A stretch of DNA of 64,000 nucleotides from Lingula anatina. Lineage: Eukaryota > Animalia > Brachiopoda. Below the pieces are notes generated by a model. The model did not search any database and had not been told where the DNA came from. It was given only the letters and a program-made list of their open reading frames with translations. Of this stretch, positions 27,001 to 39,000 are shown in pieces. The position numbers were made by a program, and so were the translations under genes. Position 1 is the first letter of the stretch. Every line of letters starts with the position of its first letter. Where the stretch lies: NCBI GenBank assembly GCA_051362555.1, contig CM120645.1, forward strand, positions 1,798,001-1,862,000, read 5' to 3'.

Positions 27001-30000
27001 CTGGCCCTGTAATGCCAGTTATGTTAACAGTTGTCCTTACTGTTGACTGACCAGTGGACATTTATTGAGGCTGAACATGAGAGGAGGAAACAATGTTTTA
27101 TCTTTTGGGATACTTTGAAGATGAGGCTTTTGTGTGCCCACTTGGCCAGTTTATGGCTGTTTGCTATGTGCTATACTCACGTCATTCTAAAGGATACTGT
27201 TGTTCTTGAAAAGGTAATTATATGGGTCATCTAAAATTTAGAGCATTGTTTAAAGGTAATTTATTTTACATGAATGACTTTTAAGTTATAAATTTTTTAC
27301 TGATATTCTTGCGCAACTGAGATTGCATTTAGTCTGGAGAAGGTGAATGAGGGAACAGAACAATAAAAGATATTTCTTTTCAGAAAGGAATTTATGAGAG
27401 CTTTCAAAATCCATTTGAAGTGATGATGATATATTGCTTTTGAGCTGACAGAATTATGTAAGAGTTACATAACCCTTTTCCTAAGGATATCAAATTACTG
27501 CAAAGTTAACTCCCATCTGATATATGGGTCACCCATTTCTCCTTCTCTAACAATACCAAAGAGATTCAAGACCTGGTCACAACTTACCCACTTGAATGAG
27601 AAAACAACTCTAAAATATAACACCATTAGACTATTTTGCAAGGACCTTAAACAAACAAATAAATAAATAAACTACCTCACTGGCAATGAAGAGCAGATGG
27701 GACTACACCTCGGACGGCTCTTATATTTAACCACATCCAACAAGCGCCATTTGTTTCCTATGAAAACTAAGTCTGGACACCATTACTTTGAGAACAATTT
27801 GATGCCTTTCAATCGGAAATTTTATCTGAACCATTCCCCAACTGACCAAGGTGATGTGTACATAAGACGTTAGCTATGATTGCAACTGGACCTACTTAAG
27901 CCAGCGGAATAGTCTGTAGGGCTGATATTGCCGGACAAGAAGATCATGGAAAGATTTTCTTAGCATTTTTATCATCTCTTACCTATATAACCTGGAGCAA
28001 TTTATCTGCTGCCTTGTGTAGTTAAATTTTCTGACTTGGTTGTAAATCTCACTCAATAAAATTTTGCTACAGTGTCTCAAAATAATTCAAGCTTATGGTT
28101 ATCTTGGTATACCTTGACTTTAGTGTTAGACCTTTTCTTATAGAAACTGAGAAATGGCTAATATCCTGCATTCATTATTACTTTAAAAAAAAACTTGAAT
28201 GGAGCAAATCTGGTGAGTGTATTATATTTAACTTACTGTGCAATCTAGTACCTACTTGAGAGCGTCCAGTAATTTTCATTTTATATTTGCCATTTCATAC
28301 AGTTTCAAAATGGACCCTCAAAAATTGACGCTTTCATTGTGAGCACAGACCATCAAAATCACCCTGAGATTCAGAAGCCTTCTCTGTAATCAGTAGCATT
28401 GCCCATGGTTGCAATAAGTCACCATCATTATCTGAAACACAGGGTGTTGACACCTATCTATATTAATAAACTAAAGGATTGAAATATTTTTATATTCTGA
28501 AATTCAGGGTGTTGATACCTCTCTATAATAAGAAACTGAGGGTTGAAATATCTCTAAATGTGAAACTCTGGGTGGGGGTGGTGATACCTTTCCCAATCGG
28601 ATATTCGGGGTCTTTAGACCCCTCTCTCTACATACATATAAATACTACAGGACCGTTAGCTGCCCATGCCCACTACAATCCTATCCCAGGCTATTTTTAC
28701 ATTCAAAGGTCAATATTACTGGACAGCAGTACTCTTACATCACTGCTGCTGCCCAGTACAGAACAGAGTAGTATTCTGTGTTAGCATGGAGTAACGCAGA
28801 GATCATTTGGTGTGGTCTTTGAGGCCTCTGACCACTCAGAGGATGAGGAATTTCACCACAAATATAGTAGGATATACACAGTGAACTGTTATTGCAGCAT
28901 TGAGCCGTAATTGAATGATCAGTTACAGGGTCGGCCATTTCATGACAGACCAGTGCTGCCAGAGAACTGACTTTTATGAGAGAAAATTGTTAATGGTGAA
29001 CTGCAAATGGCAGGAAAGAGTGGGATGGTGTGAGCCCCAAATGGTGAGATGCTGTGGTGCCTTGGTCAGTTTTTATGGTCAGGTTTTAACTTGGGTATTG
29101 AACTCCTGGTCAGTCCTACTCAGTGAGTCAGTGTACTAGTAAGCAAATGTGTCAGAGTCCTATAAATATAATACAAAAAAATCTTTCGATAACCATGGAA
29201 AGATTTATCTTGAAAGAGAGATCATTTGATAGACACAGACTTGCGTGTTGTTATCGGTCTTCATGTTTTTCGGACATGTCAGCGCTTCTGAACACTTCCA
29301 CAGGAAATCCAGTTTGAGAAGCGTGCTGAATACTATGGTCTTGCATGAATATTAAGTGATCATTTCTTTTGTCCAGTTGGTCACTAACTGGCCACGCTGT
29401 ATAATCAGCTCTCTCGTGCTCCGAATTACCCCCGTAATTGGCCAAAGGAATGACATGGGCTTGGCACATGGTAACGCTGCCAAGCATGCACAGAAAGATG
29501 AGCATACAATGGCAATAAATATATCTCTGGAATAATAGGACCTAAATTATAAATCATGTGGAGGTTGCAAGGATTGTGTAAAGTTATAGACAGCAGTCTG
29601 CACAAAGCAGACAGAAATTCATTTGAGTTTTTTAATTTACTGAAAAAACTAATGTTTTTCAAGTCTGCACTAAGTTAACTTTTCTGGAGGTTTTCTGGTG
29701 TCAAAAGTTGAAGTACAAATATCTATTATTGTATCTTTATAACTACAAGAATAGACAGCCTTATGGATTTGATAATTTGTTTAAAAAAATGGGATCAATA
29801 TTAGGGGAACGAAAAATCCGACAGCTGAGTGGAGCAAAAATTTTGGTTGGCCAATGGAGAAAAAAAGTAAATATAAATAATGATGTAGTTTTCATAAAAT
29901 AAAAAGTCAAGCAAGTCATCAAATTTATGCTGTCACATCTTAGGAGTCAAAGTCTGATGTTTGTCATAGGTAGCTAATCTGTCAAAGATATTCCATAGAA

Positions 30001-33000
30001 GCATGTGGAGTATGTATGTCCTTCTTTAATATTTTGGAAATTCGATAATTCCCTCCATTACACAAAAATTTAGGATGAATTTAGTCTTTTCACTGTTTAT
30101 TTCTGAAAATTACAAGATTATTTAAAGTTTTCTACCTTTCATTATATTTTAGTTCAATAGCAGAAAACCCAAAATTTTATTAGATTCACATTTGCAAGTT
30201 TGAGAAACAATTTTCATGAAATTGTAGTCTAAGACCTTCAGCACCACCCTACCAGTATGCAGTTTCTCATCTATAAAACAAAATGATTTATCCTACAACG
30301 TCCAAATTTGTGAAAAGTTTCAGTCATGAATATGCAATATTTCCCTGTCTACTTAAGGTATTTTGATCTTTTAGTTTATCATTAAAACAGTCAAATAAGT
30401 ATTTTTATCTCCAACTTGACTAATTTTACAATCCTTTTTCAACTCATTTTGTTTTATAACAAATCCAAATGATAAACAGTGCTACTGAGATTTAATGGCC
30501 GAGTTGCTAAAAATTTTTAAAGAAATTAAAAATAATAAATGAAGTGGGATGGGTTAAGATTTAAGGCACAAATGACCATTTTACTTCATCTACCAAGCAC
30601 AAGTAATAAATTATATATATGTAAACTTTGAAGGATACCTTTAAAATGAGATTGTCGCAATGTATAAAACATTAAAAGGAATTTATAGTTCAAACTAAGC
30701 TATCATGCTAGTTGATCTTTGGTTGGATAGTATAGAAGTTCTATAGTAACAGTAATCTGGGCACTGCTTTGTTATATGAATCATTTCCTCATTAAAATGA
30801 ATTCCTGTGCTAACTAAGCTGAATGTGTTGCTAATATATATTTATATATATATCTGGCATTTCCATGTGCTCCATTCAAATCCATATACACTCCACTCGG
30901 CCAGAAGTAAAGTGCCTACTGTCCACTGGTATCTGCACCACACCAGGCTTGTTATTGAACGTAGCTATTCTTCAAAATTGCATAACCTGTCAAAATGTTA
31001 CATAACCAGCTTGAGGTCCGCTATTGACCTGGTCAGGAGATAAAGCCACTGACCAGTGACCAGTACAAATAGCTGCCAGTGCATGCAAGGCCCCTCTGAG
31101 TGGACACTGAGCTGACCTCTATGGCCATTCCATTCATTATTCATACCCCCTCTGGCCTCGTAATGTTGCTTTTATGTTTTGCATGTCTACTGAGGCCATT
31201 CCAATAAGTGCTTCCACCCAGATTTTGAGTTTTCTGGATACCTAAGGTTCTCCAAATACATAAATTTGACTTCTTTGTCAAAAAATGTCAGCAAAATATT
31301 GCACTTTGACTTCATGTTTAAGAAATCTTAGTTTTGTCTCTCTTTCTATGTATGTTCTTCACCATTTGAAATCCAAACCTCACTGAGCCTTCATCTATGG
31401 TGTTGAGCCATTCCAGTTATTATTGACACCCAATTTAAATATGAATTTACTTCCCTTACTCAGTGAAAATTTGGGTTTAATAAAAAACATCGGTATCCAA
31501 ACTTCTACACAAGCTAAAATGCACTAACATGATACTGATACTTATTACAGCTCCGGGAGCTGAATTCTAATTTCACATTTTATTGCCAGTTTTTATATTT
31601 TTTCTTTCCCTCAGAAGTAAACACTTCATCAAACCAAACAATCTGCTTCTTCACAAACTGTAAAACTTTTTGACAACTCAACAACAACAGCTGTCAATTT
31701 AAAAAAAAGAAATGGCGTCAGAAGCTACCCTCATTATGCAATCCATTATTAAACAGCAGCAGAGAATATCTTTTTAACAGGCTTTAACATTTCATGAATT
31801 GTGGAATCATTTCTGAGAAAAACTTCATCAGTTCTAACATATAAAACACTTCTCCCTCCATCAATTCTACTAGTCACCCATTTTCCACAGCTGTTCACAG
31901 GCAATAAGGGAAATTACGTGGGAAACTTCGGCCAGCGTCCACTACAAAACTGCAGGACACCTGCTTATAATATGTCCTTATGCAATTATTGGGACTGATC
32001 TGCTAATGTAAGTGAGGGCAAAACTACCTGTCCTCCTCTCTCAGCTTCTGTGGCTGGAGTAGTGGCAGTTAGTGGTAAGACACGGGTGTTAAACTGAAGG
32101 AGCTTTTCAGGCTTGTGTTCTTCATAAAATCTTGTTTATGTGGTTGTTTTATGACTGTCTAAGTTCAAATCTTCATTTACTTAAAATGAAAAGCCTTGAC
32201 TTCTCTTAATTTTGAACTATTCATTTACTTTAAATAATCGAATATTTACTGGTGATTTGTAAAAAAAAAATGATGTGACTGAAAGCCAGCCTCCAGCGAC
32301 ACATGTTAATTTTTTTTCTTTCTAATTTCAGAGTGTGACAGTGCTGCCCCCTACAGCTGGCTGTGGGTATCAGGCAAGCAATGCTTAGCTATATCAATCA
32401 AGAGGCAATGCAGCAATCTTCACGTGACCCAGAACGCCCTTTCAAAGCTTATCCCCGCACGTTACCAGTTTCTTTTTACGGCTCCACCTCTCCGCACTAC
32501 ACATCCGGTTATTCTCCTAGTTATAGTAACAATATGAGTGGATATAGCATGTCGCAGCAGCCGCCATTGCAGGTGGCGCCACAACAGCCAGGTGCCAGCA
32601 GCTCGTGCATGATGGGACAGTCAGACATGCACCGAATGAGCCAGGCTCGGCCTCAGGAGCCACCGCAGGCCTTATACCCTCAGAACGTTGATATCGCAAT
32701 TCCCATGTCTTCGGGTGGTCTGATGCCCAAGATCAAAGGCGAGGAGATGGCATCGGTCTCATCTCCTCGTCAACATTCCCATAGTTCCTCAATAACCAGC
32801 TCAGCTACATTAGGAAGCCCTATTGCTGGGCCAAGCAGCATAGATGTATCTCAGGGAAGCCGTTCGTCGGCAAGCTCGCCGGGAGATCAACCCTCTACGA
32901 GCGATGGATCAGGAGGAGGTAGCACCCAGAAAAAACTCCCCATCAAAAAGAGACCTAATGCAGTTCCCGAGGATAAAAAAGATAATGGATATTGGGAAAA

Positions 33001-36000
33001 GCGGAAAAAAAACAACGAATCAGCAAAGCGGTCACGTGATGCACGTCGAATGAAGGAGGAGCAAATAGCCATGCGTGTGGTATATCTCGAGCAAGAAAAC
33101 CTGCAGCTACGAACGGAAGTGTCCTTATTAAAAAGCGAGATTGAAAAGCTGCGGTGTATGCTGTACAACTCTTGACAACCAATCCCTGGGCATGTCGTCG
33201 GCTTTGGCGAATAGGAGAAAATGCCAACAACAGGGGGAAAAAAGGACTTAAGACTCTATATATTTACTGTATGAAAACTGCACGATATGATAGCAACAAA
33301 GGATGAGAATCTGCAGAAAAGCTGAAGGACATTCAAGTGTCTTCTCCAAGGCAGACAAAGGAGGCAACACTAGCCACATCAGGATGGTTTATCACAGCTT
33401 TCAAACACCTCCAATTATCCATTTTTTTAAAGATTGTACATTTTTTAAAGTGCTTGAAAAATGTACTTTCTGGTAATTAAACTCAGATTGCAGAACTTCT
33501 GAATATAACATTTTCTATAGAATTTGTCACAGAACTTTTGTGAAATATGAGAAAACACTTTTGTATGAACTTGGGGAAGAATTACTGTAATGATGGAACA
33601 GATATTTGAAGCCTTTCAACCAGTGATACAACAATACAACGTAGACTTAACAATGACTGATAAAGCACAATGACATGATGTTCTTTAAAAGACAACAGAA
33701 AGAAGCATGGTCCTTAATCTGGATACTGAACTCTGACTGATTTCAAGAGGGGTGACATTTATGGTGGGATTTGAGGACAAGAAGGCAATGACAATGCATA
33801 AAGTGTCAAGTAGGATACCATTTGCAATTGTTGTTTATCAAATTTTTTTTGAGGGAGGTATAACAGGTGATAAGTTTTTTGTGGTATATTTCTCATCAAA
33901 GTGTTTTGGTGATTGGAATATTTCCCCGGTGATTAGATCCTGTTTTTATTATCATATATAGGATAGTACTTTTGCTTAGGTTATCTTTTTATTGTGACAA
34001 ATGTGATGAATGTAACCCGGTGAAAAAGTAGCATTTATCAAGCTGTCACTGATAACGTCTTACGCACAATCTTTCAGCTCTTGGCACATTTTTTGAAAAT
34101 ATCCCTTTTGGTTTTTTACTTATTGGTTATATTATGTATATAAAATATATATAAATATAAATTTAAGGGATTTTTGAAAGGACAATGGGATTAATGGGAA
34201 AATATTTCTCATGCCATCAAATGTGGCTGCTAGCCAAAATCTTAAAATCTGAAGTTTTGATGAAATGTTTTGGTAGAAAAAATTTGTTCAAGAACATTTT
34301 CATGAGGTATGTGTGCAGACTGAGGTATGTGGAAATATAAATGATTTAAATGAAATTTTCTAAGATTTGTGATAGGGTTAGTGTACAGTGACCAATCATG
34401 CACTTTGTGTAGCCACACTTAGTTTACTTTTATCTCAGGAACATTTTATTTTAGTAGTGTATTTTACTGTATTAGTACCCTCACTTCACAGTGTGTGATA
34501 ACCCAAGCAGTGCTGTGGAACTCACAAGGGAAACCCCCAACTGAAGGACTCCTATGATGTTATGAAAGGAAGCCCCTAACTTCTATCAAAATGCCAAACA
34601 TAGAATAAATATGTGATTTCTTGACTCAAAGAATGGCAAAATACCAACCTTCTGAAAAAAAAATATTAGTTTTCCAAATAGATTTGAAATCTTTCGAGAC
34701 AGTTGTTTAAGGAAAAATACCTGGTATAAAAATTACATCATAGAGTGCTATTATATCCATGCATGGGGTCATTTCCACTAAAAAATCTGCAATATCCATA
34801 CTCTATCATGTGGATAAAATACATTTTTTTCTTATAACATGTCAGTGTACATTCTTTCATGCACCTTATCACAGTTAGATAGACATTGTAATAATCCAAA
34901 TGCATTGTGGGATACCATACTGCAAAGCATTCTGGTTAGCACATGCACTAGTGTGAACATGCCAAACTTCTTTTTTTTTTATGATAGGTGCTATTCCGTA
35001 GTGACACAACAGTATCAATCTTTTTATTAGATTTACAAAGATATATAATTTACAATCACTTCACCTTAAAAATCCCAGGAATACATTTTTAAAAGTTTGA
35101 ATAGCAAGATTCTGAAAGTGATAATACATTTGTTTCTGATATCTTTATATTATTACTGTCACAGTAACAATAACATGTATACCTATGAATATTATAATGC
35201 ATTAAGAGGTCTATTTTATTCATATCACAACTAATACTTGGTTTACAACAAGAAAAAGGAGTCCACATGCCTCATGGCAACAGAATCTGACCAATATTGA
35301 TCATCTTTAAATTCATTTCTAGTCTTCCGGCACAGATCAGATTGTTATCGAACGAGTCAATTTTATATAGCCTAAATCAGCCAATATAAAAATGCACTGC
35401 TTACCCCATCAAGATGTGGCATATGATTAGACTCAAATGTACTAGTATTCTATAATTGGTGAATAGCATACAAAATTTGCAAGGTATTTCACTACAAGAA
35501 ACAGCACTAACTGTGGTTGTAAGCTCAATTTCACGCAAGTAGTGGCAGAATCTATTGTGGTTCCAATTCTGTTGTGCGAATTCTGTTCTTGGAATATAAT
35601 GATGGCAGAGATAGGCGTGAGCATTTAAATTCTTGTAAATCAAAATATGGCTTGGCTGCTTTTTCATCAAAAAGCCCTCTTCATCCTGGCAATATTTCAA
35701 ATGGGACTCAACAGAGGTTGATTTTATGGTGATCAGTAGAGACAATAATAATCTTTCTTTCTTTCCAAGGTTAGAGGCTTAAAAGTGGACTTGCACCAGT
35801 TTTATCTCAGGGATAAATGTATGTCTGTATGGTCAAAATGACTGAGTGGCCATTTTGTGGTCAGAATTGTGGCTTTGTTGGTCAATATTGTAAGTACGTG
35901 TTATGGTATATCTTTATAAATATATTCTACATCAAGCTCTTCTTTTTCACTTTAAATGTCTAGCTCATAAACAATCTAAAGCTTTGGCTGCACTTTAAGT

Positions 36001-39000
36001 TGAAGTTTATGGAATAGTCCAGTTTTATATAATGATTCAGATGTATTGTTTCATCAGCATAAGATCTTAAATTGAGGGAGTATTTTACAGTGAAAAAGAA
36101 AGGTTATGTAGTTATTTTAGTTGTTATGGACAGGAAGGCTGAAGATGAAAATAATGTCAGATCAGCACAATTTGTTTAAACTTAGAAAATATACAAGCTT
36201 TTCACTCTTTTACATCAAGTTTGTCAGTAATGACCATACAGCTCTGATGCATTGGATTAGTCGATTAAAAATTTTCAGTATATTTTTCTCTTTTTCACAA
36301 CTCCAAATATCATTGAATGGTAACAATTGTTCGTTTTACTTAGGTTAAGACTTGTATTACTTACACAAGAGCTTCACAAGTTTTAGTTTAAAGTAATTAC
36401 ATTTTTACAGACTAATTACAAGATGTAGAATTCAGGAATTAGAATTTAGACTTATTTTAAAGAAAACTTGAAATTAGCTGGAGTTTTGTTCTATGTTTAA
36501 TTATTATTATTACACAAGTTGTCTCAGTTGCACTGTGTTTAGTTCACTGCACCATGAACTTATAGGTAAGGGGGGGGGGGGGAGTAATGATTCAAACTTC
36601 TGTTATCTAGATTATTAAAGCATCTCAGAGACCTTTTTGAAAGAGACCTCGATTCCTAGCCCAGACTTTTTCTAGACCAGTGAAAGCCAATGATGACAAT
36701 TATTGATGACTGGATTGAATGAAAAATATTACAATTTTATTGTTGTATACAAGAGTTGAAGAGCTTTTGGTTAAGTGTTTTTTTAAATGCTAAATGTGGG
36801 TCTTTTTGGGAGAACTCTTGGTGATGAGCAAATGTGGTTCTCACAAACCACCCAACCAATCAACACCAGTGTATAGAAATAATTCAACCAAACAAAATGA
36901 CTGTAAGAAAAAAAGTGTTGCCTTTAAGTGCTATCAGTTAATGCTGAATTTGGGGCTCTTTTTTCAGGAAGGATGATGAATAGTGGTATTTTTTCATTGG
37001 TATTTGTAAAAAACAAAGCAGAAAAATAGTCAGGTACTGTCTGATAAGAGAATGATGAAATTTTCCTCATATTCATATCCACTTTTAAGTGTATATTGAT
37101 CACGGATTGTAATTAACAGGAATTCAATGTCCTTTTTCCTTTGTGTATTCTACTGTTCACTCTGTTTATAATTAATGTATTTTGCGACCAGAAACAATTA
37201 ACATCACTGGTATACAAAGATAATATGATGAAAAGTCGATAATAATTTTGACGCTACAAATATATGCCAATGTTACCATATTAAATAAAGAATAGGCACA
37301 GCTTGGTAGATTTTATAATAGAATAGAATAGATACCATTTAGAGTAAATGACTATTTCATGGTCAGTGTATGATGTCAGAAATGGTTGAATAAAATCATA
37401 CAGTTTGGAGAATGCTGTGGCAAGTTGATTTTGATGATGTTTGGCAAATTTTAAGTCTAACATTTAGGGTGATCATAGTATTATTAATGTAGGGTTTGTA
37501 TGATAGATAAAACTGGTGATGTCACTAAGTTGATTAGTGAGGTCACTTAAGTAGGTTGATGATGTCACTATCTGGATTGGTGATGTCACATTTATCAGGG
37601 TTAATGATGTAATGATGTTGTCACAACTTGTAAATCATGATGTCACCTAGCAAAAACATAAGCCAAATGTTGGTTTAAACATCAAGATAACTGTAAAATG
37701 AAAAATAAAACTTTTGTTCTCACTCGAAGCACACTGTTGACCAAAATTTTGGGCATTTAAAAAAAAAAGCCCAAAACACCTCAGTTATTGTAGATACATT
37801 AATCATCCTATGTCAAATTCATTTTTTTCGTTCTTACAGGTTAGACAATAGTGACTTAATCTTATTTGGAAAATGGGTCCAAGAAGGTAAATAAGCTATG
37901 TGATATCAGACTTTCAGATACGTTTTTGTGGCATCAATCTGATGAGTGACATCACGCTGATTAGTGACATCACGCTGATAAGTGATATCACACTGATGAG
38001 TGACATCACAATGATGAGTGACATCACAATGATAAGTGACATCACAATGATAAGTGACATCACACCTACTGCACCACTCAGGGACTAGGCTCCCAAATCA
38101 ATACGGGTCATTTAAAGAATCATAATACCATGTACTGTGTGTTATAGTCAATAAATAATGTACATCAATATTGGCTGATTCAGGTTTTATGAATTGTACT
38201 CTCTCTCTCTCTGTCCACATACATGCACAGGCAAGAAAAATCCAATCACATATAGGAGACTATAAAAAGAACAAAGCTTCACCTAATTTTAAGGTACACA
38301 CTGAAATTATTCAAAATTCTGTATGACAAATATCTCACAGAAACAAACTGAAATGTTTCCAAATTTAAGCATTACCATTAACCACTTCATACTAGGCCCC
38401 AGCCATTTGGAACTTTGTTTCCTGTCCCTAAGAAATGTTTTCTTCCCATTCTTCATTGATTATTTACTATGCCAATTACACTGCAATTTTCAACACCACA
38501 ATGCTCCCGTCTGAAGCTCATCTCTGGACTTGTCACTTCAACTGCTTAACATTCATTTCTCTATTGACAAGCATAAAAAAAGAGGCCAGATGGAATGCGT
38601 TGTTAAAACTGAAGTCTTACGCAATGGCCCCCTTGCACCTGCTGTGGAGAGCCTCAAAGTCTGAAGTGTCCTCATCATTTTTTGGTCCTGACAAGAGGCT
38701 GAGGATTCCTCGTGTGTGTATGTGTGTCTATGTGTGTGTACCTGCATGTTGTGTGTGTGATCTACAGAATAATAATTGATATTTTTATGAGATAAATATA
38801 TTTATTCTCCCGTCTAAAAACAATTATGATGTGTCAACTGATTTAGATATTTCAGCTATATTTTATGGTGCTCATTATTTCAATGAATTTTTCATTTTCA
38901 CCAAATGTAAAGTAATGATGAAACTAAGCAAATATTTCACTGAATTCTCCAGAATACATCTCGATTCTCAAGTAATAAGTATCCTTCAAGTGCCTATCAT

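Noticed and set aside
16372-31998. Many 60-114 aa ORFs in the large intron
   Set aside because: Low complexity or AT-biased composition, often non-ATG starts, no domains; expected by chance
37940-38065. CRISPR-like regular repeat
   Set aside because: No unique spacers, eukaryotic context and no cas genes
37900-38088. 62-aa ORF with ISDITM repeats
   Set aside because: Translation of the 18-bp minisatellite; non-ATG start and no splice or domain support
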